Source: Verrucomicrobiia bacterium
GTDB taxonomy: Bacteria > Verrucomicrobiota > Verrucomicrobiia > Limisphaerales > UBA8199
Length of the DNA stretch: 64,000 bases
Reading direction: 5' to 3'
NCBI GenBank assembly: GCA_035294005.1
Contig: DATGLT010000294.1
Span: 2,238 to 66,237 of the forward strand
The notes beneath the pieces are model-generated. The model ran no database searches and was not told the DNA's origin. It worked only from the letters and a program-made list of their open reading frames with translations. Of this stretch, positions 29,125 to 38,923 are shown in pieces. The position numbers and the translations under genes are program-made. Position 1 is the stretch's first letter. Each line of letters begins with the position of its first letter.

Positions 29125-30243
29125 TCATCTGACGCGCGCGGTCAAAACCAGGCCTGCGGCTCCGAAAGCCATATTGGGCAGCCAACCGGCAAGCCAGGGC
29201 GGCAACCGGCCGCCGGCGCCGGCGGCCAGACTGATCTGTTGCAGGACGAAATACGCAAAGCAAATAACAATGCTGCCTGCCACACCGACAAAAACATTCC
29301 TGCGCCCTGAGGCGGCTCCGAACGGAATCGCGATTAGCACAACGACCATACAAGTCCAGGGCGTCGCCAGGCGCCCCGCCAGTTTTGTGTATAGAGCCGG
29401 CCCCTGGGCAGGGTAAGGGTGCAACCGCAAATAATTGAGGATTACAGAAATAGGAATGTCGGCGCGTTTCGCCTTTACCAGGCTGTTCCCGCTCGCGAGC
29501 TGAACTTCGCTCCGAATCTGTTCCGGGGTTTCCGAAAATTCGGGCTTGGCAAGGACGTTGGTTTTCAGGACCAGGACCGGAAGAGCATCCGGGGTGGCAG
29601 GCCGTTTGAATTCGGAAACGTCATAGAAACACCACGTGCTTTTTTGGCGCTCGGCCCGGGAGGCCCGCAATTCAATTCGTGACCCGTCTCCCAAGCGTGA
29701 AACAACAATCGGAGCGGTCATCTGGCCAGTGCGCAAGTCATAGACGCCGATGACCCAGTCGCGTCCATCTCGGGAGTTGTTGATGCCAAGATTGTAGACT
29801 CTATCGTGGCCACTGGTTCCAGGTTGCGCAGGCTGATTCCCATTGCGGATCTGTTCGGCGGCCTCCGTGCCCCGCGGAACGAAGTACTCGTTGAGGGCAA
29901 ATACGGCGAGACTTGCAATAAACCCCACTCCGAAATAGGGCAGGCAGAGACGCCACAAACTCACGCCCGCCGCCCGGATCGCGGTGATCTCATTGTGCCT
30001 TGAATGATTGGTCAGGGTGTAAAGCAAGGCCAGCAACAGCGCAATTGGCAGTACGAAAACGACAAACTCGGGCAGTCGGACCGCGTAATACCGGGCGATA
30101 TCGATCGCGTGCAGCTTCCGTTCCTGCAAACCGTTCAACTCCGTAATCAGGTCCGACGTGACCCACAGAACCAGAAATCCGCTCAGGCAATACACCAGCG
30201 GAACCAGCAACTCGCGCAACAGGTAACGGTCCAGCAACCGCAT
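29125..30243 (-). CDS. LPS export permease, LptF/LptG (YjgP/YjgQ) family
   Basis: MRLLDRYLLRELLVPLVYCLSGF start. Six-TM layout with a large periplasmic loop. Confidence 0.85.
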   Translation of the reverse strand: MRLLDRYLLRELLVPLVYCLSGFLVLWVTSDLITELNGLQERKLHAIDIARYYAVRLPEFVVFVLPIALLLALLYTLTNHSRHNEITAIRAAGVSLWRLCLPYFGVGFIASLAVFALNEYFVPRGTEAAEQIRNGNQPAQPGTSGHDRVYNLGINNSRDGRDWVIGVYDLRTGQMTAPIVVSRLGDGSRIELRASRAERQKSTWCFYDVSEFKRPATPDALPVLVLKTNVLAKPEFSETPEQIRSEVQLASGNSLVKAKRADIPISVILNYLRLHPYPAQGPALYTKLAGRLATPWTCMVVVLIAIPFGAASGRRNVFVGVAGSIVICFAYFVLQQISLAAGAGGRLPPWLAGWLPNMAFGAAGLVLTARVR

Positions 30244-30395
30244 TGCTCCAAGCGTACCGAGCCGGCGAGCTCAAAGCAAGTGACGCCGCGGCGCCCGGCC
30301 CAAAACGACTTGATTTTCCCGGCTTCGGCGGCAATTTTTCGCTCATTGCCGGGCCAGGCCCGACGCTCCCCGGAATACTGAACGCGTAGTTACAA

Positions 30396-30614
30396 TTGAC
30401 GAAGGAAGAGCCAATTGAACTGGTTGGATCCGTAACGCAGGTCCTGCCCGGAACGATGTTCCGGGTCGCCTTGCCGAACGGCCACGAGGTTTTGGCCCAC
30501 ATCTCGGGTAAGATGCGGAAAAACTTCATCAGGATTAGCGTTGGCGACAAGGTAAACGTCGAGATGTCCCCTTACGACCTTGGCAAGGCCCGTATTACCT
30601 TTCGACACAGTTGA
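30396..30614 (+). CDS. infA: Translation initiation factor IF-1
   Basis: (M)[72 protein letters not shown] start. Confidence 0.95.
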   Translation: MTKEEPIELVGSVTQVLPGTMFRVALPNGHEVLAHISGKMRKNFIRISVGDKVNVEMSPYDLGKARITFRHS

Positions 30615-30629
30615 GCCGGCACCGAGCGC

Positions 30630-32468
30630 TTAACTCAAGGCCTTCACGGCGCGGACGATTGCCTGCGAATCAATGCCGTACTTGGCCAACAATTCTTCGG
30701 GCTTGCCCGAGTGAGGCAATTCACGAACCGCCAGCTTATGCACCTTCACTCCTGAAGCGCTCAACTCACCGGCAACGGCGTCGCCAATGCCGCCCTCGGC
30801 ATAGTGGTCTTCCACGGTCACAACCAGGTTATTGGTCTTCTGGGCTGCGCCGAGAATGATGTCCCGGGCCAGAGGCTTGACACTGTAACAGTCAATGACG
30901 GTAACAGTGATCCCTTCATTCTTGAGCGCATCGGCGGCCTTGAGCGATTCATACAGTGTCACTCCGGCGGCGACAATGGTCACTTTATCGCCTTGGGCCT
31001 GCCGCAAGATTTTAGCGCCGCCAATCGGAAACGGCTCGTCATTGCCGTAAATGACCTCCGTTTTTGGGCGCGACGTGCGCAAGAAGCAGATGCCTTTGTG
31101 CGACGCCATTTGGTCCATCAATTTTTCTGTGCTCACAGCGTCGCACGGATAGAGCACCGTGCTGCCGGCAACCGCGCGCATCATCGCCAGGTCCTCCAAT
31201 CCCATCTGCGAGGGCCCGTCTTCCCCGATGCTCACCCCAACGTGAGACCCGCACAGCTTCACGTTTGCCATAGAAATCCCTGCAACCCGAACCTGGTCAA
31301 AGGCGCGGGTGAAAAATGTGGCGAACGTCGATGCAAACGGAACTTTGCCGCGCGCGGCGAAGCCGGTGGCGACGCCCACCATATCCTGTTCGGCAATGAA
31401 ACACTCGGTGAACCGATCAGGAAACTTCTTCAGGAATTTGTCCGAGTAGGTCGAGTTCTTCGTGTCGCCGTCCATGGCCACTACGCGCAGATCAGCCTCA
31501 CCGATTCGAGCGAGGGCATTGCCGAAGGCCTCCCGGGTGGCCACCTTTTCGCCGGGTTTATAGTTCAGCGCAGGATATGCCGCAGGAGCGTCATTTTTGG
31601 GTGCGGGAAGCTGAGTCGGCGCCGGAATTGGCTGGCCGATGCCGGACTTGGCGCTCGGCCGCAGCTCAGCAATCGCACGCTCCGCCTCCTCCTTGGAGAG
31701 CGGTTTACCATGCCAATTCTCTTTGTCTTGAATGAATGAGATCCCGGCGCCTTTGAGAGTCCTGGCCAGGATCACGAGCGGCTGGCTTCCTAACCCTACG
31801 GCAGCCAACACCTCGACGATTTCCTCGACGTCATGACCATCAATCTCCTCCGTTCGCCAGCCAAAGGCCTCGAATCGGCGCTTGAAAGCATCCAGGTTGT
31901 GTCCGAGCGGGGCAGGCTCGCTCTGGCCGAGCCGATTAATATCGACCAGCGCAATGAGATTGTTCAGTTGGTAATGACCGGCGAGCGCCGCCGCTTCCCA
32001 AACGGAGCCTTCCGAGCATTCCCCGTCACCAAGCAGCACATAAGTGCGATAGTCCAATTTATCCAGGCGCGCGCAAAGAGCCATCCCGACGCCGACGCTC
32101 AGCCCCTGGCCCAGTGAACCGGTTGCTACATCCGCGAAGGACAGGCGCGGAGTAGGGTGGCCTTCAAGATCGCTCCCGAGTTGGCGCAATTTGAGCAGGT
32201 CGCCCACGGGAAACAAACCGGTCTCGGCCCAGGCCGCATAAAGGAGTGGCGCCGCGTGCCCCTTCGAGAGAATGAACCGGTCATTGTTGTAGTAGTGGGG
32301 GTTGCGCGGATCGTAGCGCATGTGGCCAAAAAACAGCGCCGCGACCAGGTCAGCGGCAGAGCAGCACGAGGTAGGGTGACCGCTGCCTGCAGCTGTGGTG
32401 GCCTCGATCGAATGAATCCGCAGCTGGTTGGCAATGCCTTTAAGTGTCTCGGTATCGATGTCGTTCAT
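30630..32468 (-). CDS. tkt: Transketolase
   Basis: Start moved to ATG 32468 (MNDIDTETLKGIANQLR). GSGHPTSCCSAADL and the GDGECSEGSVWEA TPP motif. The longer ORF would run into the tRNA. Confidence 0.9.
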   Translation of the reverse strand: MNDIDTETLKGIANQLRIHSIEATTAAGSGHPTSCCSAADLVAALFFGHMRYDPRNPHYYNNDRFILSKGHAAPLLYAAWAETGLFPVGDLLKLRQLGSDLEGHPTPRLSFADVATGSLGQGLSVGVGMALCARLDKLDYRTYVLLGDGECSEGSVWEAAALAGHYQLNNLIALVDINRLGQSEPAPLGHNLDAFKRRFEAFGWRTEEIDGHDVEEIVEVLAAVGLGSQPLVILARTLKGAGISFIQDKENWHGKPLSKEEAERAIAELRPSAKSGIGQPIPAPTQLPAPKNDAPAAYPALNYKPGEKVATREAFGNALARIGEADLRVVAMDGDTKNSTYSDKFLKKFPDRFTECFIAEQDMVGVATGFAARGKVPFASTFATFFTRAFDQVRVAGISMANVKLCGSHVGVSIGEDGPSQMGLEDLAMMRAVAGSTVLYPCDAVSTEKLMDQMASHKGICFLRTSRPKTEVIYGNDEPFPIGGAKILRQAQGDKVTIVAAGVTLYESLKAADALKNEGITVTVIDCYSVKPLARDIILGAAQKTNNLVVTVEDHYAEGGIGDAVAGELSASGVKVHKLAVRELPHSGKPEELLAKYGIDSQAIVRAVKALS

Positions 32469-32549
32469 GGATGTGCAAATTTTATTCCCAAAACTCCAAA
32501 AGGAAAATGGAATGTCTCCGTTCCCCAATGGTCCAGCACGCAACTGACC

Positions 32550-32626
32550 TGGTACGCGAGGCGGGGGTCGAACCCACAACCTTCGGCTCCGGAGGCCGAC
32601 GCTCTATCCAATTGAGCTACTCGCGC
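32550..32626 (-). tRNA. tRNA-Arg (anticodon CCG), CCA encoded
   Basis: Hand-folded cloverleaf: GCGCGAG TA GCTC AATTGGATA GAGC G TCGGC CTCCGGA GCCGA AGGTT GTGGG TTCGACC CCCGC CTCGCGT ACCA. The 7-bp acceptor has one G-U pair. T-loop TTCGA. Confidence 0.9.
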
Positions 32627-32706
32627 GCTGGACGGGTGAAAAATAGGTCAACCGCCCTGCGACAGCAACCTGTTTTGATGGCCGCACTGGATCTGCCTTT
32701 GTTCCT

Positions 32707-34011
32707 TCAGCCCACCAGGCACGAGTCGGCCTCCTTTAACGCTTCCAGTAAATTCTGAGCCATGGACTCGGCACTGAAGTGTTCACGGACGAAAAGCCGG
32801 CCTGTTTCTCCCATGGCCTGCGCCAATTTACCGTCCAGAAGCAGCGGTTCCAAGGCATCGGCGAGCGCGCCAGGATTTTCCGCAGGAAAGAGCACACCGC
32901 CACCTGCCAGTTCAATCAATTCAGGAAAAGCTGCCGCGCGCGGCTGCACCACCGGCACGCCCGCCGCCAGCGCTTCAAGAACGTATAATCCGAACGCTTC
33001 GCTATACCGGGCCGGGACTGAGAAAACGGAGAGCCCCTGCAGAAAGGCTACCTTCGCGTCTCGATCAATATTCGGATAAAACTCGGCAAACTCGCTCAGC
33101 CCCGCGGCTCTCAATTTGCCGCGCAGCGACTCAACGAAGCCCTGATCGGATGGCCCGAGACTTCCGGCGGCACGGAGTCGCAACCCTGGCAAACGGCCTC
33201 TCTTGTGGAGGATGGTGAAGGCATCGATGAGGAGGTCGAGCCCTTTTTCCTTGCACATCCGCGCCAGGTAGCCAATCACCGGCGGGTGTTGCTCGCGCTT
33301 TGCCGGTTGGGTCGGATACCCGTCCAGGTTGATGCCGTTATACACGATCTTGACGCGCTCAGGCGGCAGACTCAGCCGCTTCCGCATCAAATCCCCAAAA
33401 TAATGACTTGGAGCAAGGAACAGGTCGGCATCCTTGGCTCGCGAAGCAAGCGTGTCCCAGCATTGCTTCCGGTAGGGTTCGCTGAGGCTGTCCAGGAAGT
33501 AATCCTCTCCCTGCAACATGCACACGACCGGCCGGCCCAGGTCGCTCTTCAATCGGCGGGCCATCCCGATCAAAAGGGCGTTTGAGAGGAAGAAGACATC
33601 CGGTTTCTCATGTTGGCCGAGCCATTCGATAAGCTGGTCCAATTCACGAGCTTGATGTCCCGACTCGCCGTTGAGCATCGAGAGGGTAACGTCGCCCAGG
33701 CTTTCGACCTGGGTGCTGCCGCTGCGCGAGGCCGCCCACTTCAGCAATGGCCGGCTATCCAACAATCTGTGCAGCCAGCCGGGTGCGCGCCGGAAAAAAG
33801 ATGATTTCTGCTCGAGGTAAACGTTTATCCCGCCAAAGAAAACCGGGGTTCCCGCGCTTTGGTCCGCTTCGTCCAGGGTCAAAGGCAAATAGAGGGGAAC
33901 CATCAGAACCTGGTGCCCGAGGCCCCGCAAAGCGCGAACGAGCGCGTTATCGCGGAGACAATTTCCACAATACATCGCGCCCGCTCCAGGCGTGAGTTGT
34001 ACAATATTCAC
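32707..34011 (-). CDS. Glycosyltransferase, GT4/GT-B family
   Basis: C-terminal EAFGLYVLEALAAGVPVV (E-x7-E) motif. N-terminus VNIVQLTPGAGAMYCGNCLRDN. Start uncertain: I prefer GTG 34011; the track start 34101 is a TTG that overlaps the upstream gene. Confidence 0.8.
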   Translation of the reverse strand: MNIVQLTPGAGAMYCGNCLRDNALVRALRGLGHQVLMVPLYLPLTLDEADQSAGTPVFFGGINVYLEQKSSFFRRAPGWLHRLLDSRPLLKWAASRSGSTQVESLGDVTLSMLNGESGHQARELDQLIEWLGQHEKPDVFFLSNALLIGMARRLKSDLGRPVVCMLQGEDYFLDSLSEPYRKQCWDTLASRAKDADLFLAPSHYFGDLMRKRLSLPPERVKIVYNGINLDGYPTQPAKREQHPPVIGYLARMCKEKGLDLLIDAFTILHKRGRLPGLRLRAAGSLGPSDQGFVESLRGKLRAAGLSEFAEFYPNIDRDAKVAFLQGLSVFSVPARYSEAFGLYVLEALAAGVPVVQPRAAAFPELIELAGGGVLFPAENPGALADALEPLLLDGKLAQAMGETGRLFVREHFSAESMAQNLLEALKEADSCLVG

Positions 34012-34082
34012 GTTTAGATTCCCGCGATAAGCCGTGGGAGTATCGGCCGTTGTGATGCCTTCGCAATCAGCCGAAACGTGGC

Positions 34083-35204
34083 TCACTTTGCTCCGAAACA
34101 ATAGACCCGACCGTCATCGCAACCGAGGATCACCTTTTGATCGGCAACCGCAGGCGAGCTTTCAATCGGTTGGCCAAGGTCGTATGACCAAACCTCGGTC
34201 CCTTTGTCCATTCGGAGCATATACAAATGTCCATCATCCGAGCCCACGACAACTTTGTCCCCGCAAATCACGGGTGAACTGTCGACCTTGCCCCGTGTCG
34301 GAAACGACCACAACTGCGTTCCGGCTTGCCGGTCCACACAATGTACCAGCTTGTCACGACCGCCAAATACCACTCGATCGGCACTCACAGCCGGGGAGGA
34401 GAAATAAGGAAAATTACGATCCTGAAACACCCACGATTTCTTCCCTTCTGCCAGGTCGACGCACAGAAACTGGCTTTCGTACTGGCCAAAGAAGGCATGG
34501 CCCCCGGCCAGCGCCACCGACGCCGCGACATACGCCCCGGCTTCGATTTCCTTGAGCTGCTTGCCGTCTTTCAGTTCGATCACGTGGAGTAATCCGTCGC
34601 AACCCCCAAACACGGTCCGAGCGTCGGCGATCGCAGGAGAACCGTTGATGTAATTGCCTGTTTCATACACCCAGTTGCTCTTGCCAGAAGCGGCGTCCAC
34701 GCAATGCAGCTTGAAATCGTAACTTCCAACCAAAACAGCGTCTTTACCGCCGACCCTTGCCATATTCGGGGAGCCCAGGATCTTGTCTCCTGTTTCGTAT
34801 TTCCAAACAATCGAGCCTTTGGTTTTATCGACGGCATAGAGGAAACCGTCGGTGGATCCGACCAAAACGTTGGCGCCCAGTACGAGGGGGGAAGACTCGA
34901 TTTCCGCGCCGGTTTTAAACGCCCATTCTTTGTTGCCATTCTTCAGGTTCAAGCAGTAGAGGGTACTGTCATTTGAACCAACAAACGCCTTTCCGCTCGA
35001 AACAGCCGCCGAAGACTTTACCGGACCTCCGGCCTTAAACTCCCATAACAGCGACAGTTTCTCGGGTAAAATCTCCGAAGTTATCCCTGTGAGATCCGGG
35101 CGTCCTCGGAACATGGGCCAATCGGCGCCCGGGCACAGGGAATAGGCCGTGCCCATCGCGAGCAGAATAGCGGCCGTTTGCCAACGCAATTTCGTATGGC
35201 GCAT
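34083..35204 (-). CDS. PQQ-like / BamB-like beta-propeller repeat protein, exported
   Basis: Signal peptide. Repeated ...G.(I/E)VW.(Y/F)...G.I.SSP.V blades, about 8 of them. Confidence 0.75.
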   Translation of the reverse strand: MRHTKLRWQTAAILLAMGTAYSLCPGADWPMFRGRPDLTGITSEILPEKLSLLWEFKAGGPVKSSAAVSSGKAFVGSNDSTLYCLNLKNGNKEWAFKTGAEIESSPLVLGANVLVGSTDGFLYAVDKTKGSIVWKYETGDKILGSPNMARVGGKDAVLVGSYDFKLHCVDAASGKSNWVYETGNYINGSPAIADARTVFGGCDGLLHVIELKDGKQLKEIEAGAYVAASVALAGGHAFFGQYESQFLCVDLAEGKKSWVFQDRNFPYFSSPAVSADRVVFGGRDKLVHCVDRQAGTQLWSFPTRGKVDSSPVICGDKVVVGSDDGHLYMLRMDKGTEVWSYDLGQPIESSPAVADQKVILGCDDGRVYCFGAK

Positions 35205-35398
35205 CTACTTGAGCTTTAATGCCAGCTGACGCCTGCCGCAAATGAAATATCAAACGACCAGCCCTTCTTGACCAAGCCCTATGGCAAACAGCCCAGAAAA
35301 CGAGCGCTCTAGCGGCTAATAAACACGTTTTTCAGAGCATCGTGTGAATAGTTTTACCTTTACGTCGACTCGCCCCTGGCTTAGTCTGACAGTTGGAA

Positions 35399-36472
35399 AT
35401 GAGTCTTGGGTTTTCCATCTCCAAATGTGGGGTCGTGCTTTTTTCCCTTGCGCTTGCCTGGGCGCCGGTGCCGCGCGCCTGCGCGCAGGGTTCTCAACAG
35501 CCGCGCCGGGCCCTGGAACTCTCCGAGACCAATACGGCCGAAATTCTTACCAACCTCAATCAACTGACCATCAAGAAGGACGGATTGAAAGAGTTGGACG
35601 ACCAGTTGCGCGAGATCAATTCGTTTTCCAAGGGCAAGCTTTTCGAAAGCCGCTTCAATATGCCCTATAACGCGCCCAGGGCGCTCCCCAACAAGACCAT
35701 CAAGGAACTGATCGACCGCAAGAACAACTGGAATTTATCGCCAGAAGAATTGGGAACAGGTCTAAGCAGCATGGAACTGGATGCGATCTCAAAGTTCCGT
35801 GAGGATGGTTCCGATTCGAAAGGTTCATCGCTCCAACAATTTTACGATGCTCTGAATCATTCGTCCCAAGCGCAAAATTCCAACGCAAAACCCCAAAAAA
35901 AAGCCTCCGACCAGGGCACCCAGTCTGGTTCTCGACTTGAAGACGATCTCGCCACTTTTGGGGACGATTCCAAATTGCCCGCCGGGATTCGAGACAAAGC
36001 TGAAACGCTCCGAAACAACTTGAGCCAGGATCCCACCAGTGTTTTCGGCCGCTCGCGCGGCCGCAGCAGCTTTGACAACTTTTTCGGCCTCGAACCGAAC
36101 ACAAAGACCACGACCGGGTCGGGAACAAAAACATCGGTTGACTCGTTCCTGGAACAGTTCAAAAAGGCCATGGATGGCCCCTCGTTTTCCGGGATCGATC
36201 CCGGGCTCCGGTCTTTGTTGCCGAATGACAACACTTCCAAAGAGATCCCTTCTGTCCCAACGATTGATTCCTTAAAGTCAACGAGGCGTCACGAGTTTAC
36301 GGACACCACAGCCGGCCAGCTAAGCACGCTGCCCAACACGACGGTTATTCCCGATATCAATGCGACCATTTTGAATCAGTGGAATCCGCTATACACGCCG
36401 CCCAGGCTCGAGCTTCCTAAGTACACACCCCCAACTCCTCCAAACATGGAGTTTCCGCGGCGCAAGTTTTGA
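35399..36472 (+). CDS. Exported low-complexity (S/T/N/P/K-rich) protein, unknown function
   Basis: ATG 35399. Signal peptide MSLGFSISKCGVVLFSLALAWAPVPRACAQ. The remainder has no recognisable domain. Confidence 0.5.
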   Translation: MSLGFSISKCGVVLFSLALAWAPVPRACAQGSQQPRRALELSETNTAEILTNLNQLTIKKDGLKELDDQLREINSFSKGKLFESRFNMPYNAPRALPNKTIKELIDRKNNWNLSPEELGTGLSSMELDAISKFREDGSDSKGSSLQQFYDALNHSSQAQNSNAKPQKKASDQGTQSGSRLEDDLATFGDDSKLPAGIRDKAETLRNNLSQDPTSVFGRSRGRSSFDNFFGLEPNTKTTTGSGTKTSVDSFLEQFKKAMDGPSFSGIDPGLRSLLPNDNTSKEIPSVPTIDSLKSTRRHEFTDTTAGQLSTLPNTTVIPDINATILNQWNPLYTPPRLELPKYTPPTPPNMEFPRRKF

Positions 36473-36523
36473 TTCAAACCTGATGTAAACCTCGGACCGA
36501 CGAGCCGCATTCAGCTCTAGCGG

Positions 36524-37729
36524 TCATGCCCATAATTTCACCTTCACCGGTGTGCCCGACTTCAGAACCGATCCCGCCGGGATGTCCACCAAGCCACGGG
36601 CTTCCGCGAACGACTTCAGCACGTGCGACCCTTGCGCTCCGGCCGTTCTCACAAGGCCGTTTGCGTCCATTTTTACCCTGGCGAATTGCCGCCGCGCTCC
36701 CGGGTTATGAAGATCCTCGCCTAAAGTCCCGGGGACTTCCTCCAACCCAGTGTCGGACGCGCCTTGCCATTTCCTCAAGGCCGGTCGGACCAGAACCAAA
36801 AAGGTTACCATTGCTGAAACCGGGTTGCCGGGGAGGCCGAAAAACAGCTTCTGGTTTAGCCGGCCGAATACGAACGGACGCCCAGGCCTAATCGCGACAC
36901 GCCAGAACTCGATTTGCCCGCCCAAATCCGATACTGCGGGCTTTACCAGGTCAAACTGACCCACCGAAGCGCCGCCGACGCTGACGACGATATCCGATGT
37001 GGAAACAGCCTCCGACAAAGCCTGGCGAGTGGCTCCGGCATCATCGTGGACGATCGGGAATAAGGCGGGCTCTCCGCCCGCCGAGCGGATCAATACAGAG
37101 AGTCCAACCCGGTTGCTCTCGTATATTTCTCCGGGTTTTAAAGGCTCTCCAGGCTCCCGCAATTCAGTCCCTGTCGCCACCAACGCGACCCTTGGACGGC
37201 GGCCAACGTTCACGGCGGAGATGCCTACTGCGGAAAGCAGGCATAGGTGCCCAGCCCGGAGCGCGCAGCCTGCAGGGATGATTGCTTCTCCGGCACGGAC
37301 GTCCTCGCCTTTCAACCGCACGTTTTCCCACGGACGGCCCACCTCCAGAATCTTCACACTCCCCGGTTCCTGTTCATCCGGGGCCGTATCCTCTTGCATG
37401 ACCACGCAATCCGCGCCGGCAGGCAGCGGTGATCCGGTAAAGATTCGGACGCACGTGCCTGGGGTTACCTCGCCGCCGTATACATTGCCTGCGGCCACAG
37501 TTCCAAGGACTCGCAACCGAACCGGTTTGTCCGTGGTAGCATTTGGCACATCATCTGACCTTATCGCGTAGCCATCCATGGCTGAATTATCGAACGGGGG
37601 CAAATCGATCGGTGAGCTCAATGTTTCGGCGAGAATCCGCCCGTGTGCGTTCGAAACGGCGACTTGCTCCGGAGTTGCGGCCTGGACACCCCGGAGGATC
37701 CGCTCAAGAGCTTCTTCGAGTTCGAGCAT
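36524..37729 (-). CDS. moeA: Molybdopterin molybdenumtransferase MoeA
   Basis: Start moved to ATG 37729 (MLELEEALERIL). PPFDNSAMDGYA signature. 401 aa. Confidence 0.9.
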   Translation of the reverse strand: MLELEEALERILRGVQAATPEQVAVSNAHGRILAETLSSPIDLPPFDNSAMDGYAIRSDDVPNATTDKPVRLRVLGTVAAGNVYGGEVTPGTCVRIFTGSPLPAGADCVVMQEDTAPDEQEPGSVKILEVGRPWENVRLKGEDVRAGEAIIPAGCALRAGHLCLLSAVGISAVNVGRRPRVALVATGTELREPGEPLKPGEIYESNRVGLSVLIRSAGGEPALFPIVHDDAGATRQALSEAVSTSDIVVSVGGASVGQFDLVKPAVSDLGGQIEFWRVAIRPGRPFVFGRLNQKLFFGLPGNPVSAMVTFLVLVRPALRKWQGASDTGLEEVPGTLGEDLHNPGARRQFARVKMDANGLVRTAGAQGSHVLKSFAEARGLVDIPAGSVLKSGTPVKVKLWA

Positions 37730-37832
37730 GACCAACACTGCAGCAATGCGGTGCTGTTGCAAGTCGATTGGTTGGACCTTTCTCGGGGGACAACCCGCTC
37801 GACACGTTCCCGGCAGTTTGCTACCAACCCGT

Positions 37833-38909
37833 GTGCGTTCGAAGTTACTCAAAGACGCCACTCGCATCATCGTCAAAGTCGGCACCGGTGTCCTGACCGA
37901 CAGCCGGAAACAGCCGGACCTTGCCCAGATGCAACAGTTGGCCGCACAAATCGCCGAGCAACGGAAAGCAGGAAAGGAAATGGTCATCGTGTCCTCGGGC
38001 GCGGTAGGCGCCGGCATGGGCGTGCTGGGCCATGCCAAACGTCCAACCGACCTGGCTGAATTGCAGGCCTGCGCGGCGGTCGGACAGTCCAGGCTAATGG
38101 CAACTTATGAAAAGCTGTTTGCAGCGTTTGGGCTGACCGTTGCCCAGATCCTCCTGACCCATGATGATTTGGAGCATCATGAACGCCATCTCAACGCCCG
38201 GAATACATTGGTCACCCTCCTGAAGCGTGGCGTCATCCCCATCATTAACGAGAATGACGTCGTTTCATCCACTGAACTCAAGTTTGGCGACAACGACAAG
38301 CTCTCGGCCCTGGTGGCTTCGCTCCTGCCGGCCGACCTGCTGATAATCCTGACCACGGTGGAGGGTTTGCTGAACAACTTCGGCAGAACAGATTCCCGGA
38401 TCGTCCCGTTGGTCGACCGGATAGACCTCGCGTTGGAAAAGATCGCGGGAGGCACCAACAGCGAAACTGCGGTTGGGGGCATGGCTTCAAAAATCCAGGC
38501 GGCCAAAATTGTTGTGCGTTCAGGCATTCCCCTCGTCATCGCTTCGGGCAAAAAGAAACAGGTGCTGGCCCGTGTTTTGGCCGGACAGGAGGAAGGCACT
38601 CTTTTTGTGCCGCAAACCAACCGGCTGCAGAGCCGGAAACGTTGGATCGCTTTCTTTCATCACCCCAAAGGAACGTTGGTTGTCGATGGCGGCGCCCGCA
38701 AAGCCTTGCGTGAAAACGGCAAAAGTTTGCTGCCGCCCGGCGTGGCCCGGTGCGAGGGAGACTTCGAGGCCGGCGAAGTGGTCAGGATATGCGATCTCGA
38801 TGGAACCGAGTTCGCCCGCGGGATCCCGGGATTCAGCTCGGGTGAAATCCGAGGGGGAACTCTGAAACGCGTCGAGATTGTGCATCGTGACGACCTGGTC
38901 ATTCTCTAG
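37833..38909 (+). CDS. proB: Glutamate 5-kinase (with PUA domain)
   Basis: RIIVKVGTGVLTD, VSSGAVGAGMG, C-terminal PUA (GEVVRICDLDGTEFARG). GTG 37833 chosen as start; the 85 upstream codons are antisense to moeA. Confidence 0.9.
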   Translation: MRSKLLKDATRIIVKVGTGVLTDSRKQPDLAQMQQLAAQIAEQRKAGKEMVIVSSGAVGAGMGVLGHAKRPTDLAELQACAAVGQSRLMATYEKLFAAFGLTVAQILLTHDDLEHHERHLNARNTLVTLLKRGVIPIINENDVVSSTELKFGDNDKLSALVASLLPADLLIILTTVEGLLNNFGRTDSRIVPLVDRIDLALEKIAGGTNSETAVGGMASKIQAAKIVVRSGIPLVIASGKKKQVLARVLAGQEEGTLFVPQTNRLQSRKRWIAFFHHPKGTLVVDGGARKALRENGKSLLPPGVARCEGDFEAGEVVRICDLDGTEFARGIPGFSSGEIRGGTLKRVEIVHRDDLVIL

Positions 38910-38923
38910 CTGAACCCCGGACT

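Noticed and set aside
30804-31739. 311-aa plus-strand ORF
   Set aside because: Antisense to transketolase. Shadow ORF. The same reasoning applies to 10737..11438, 24616..25422, 26766..27428, 27179..27934, 57901..58725, 59020..59718 and 60847..61314.
37730-37832. Possible Moco riboswitch upstream of moeA. On the minus-strand RNA the strings CCCCGAG...AAAGG resemble what I remember of the Moco motif core, and there is a GGUUGG/CCAACC long-range pairing.
   Set aside because: Only about 103 nt are available, shared with the divergent proB promoter. The helices I could draw are short (4-6 bp) and my recollection of the consensus is not exact. A cmsearch with Rfam RF01055 would settle it, but I cannot support it from the sequence.
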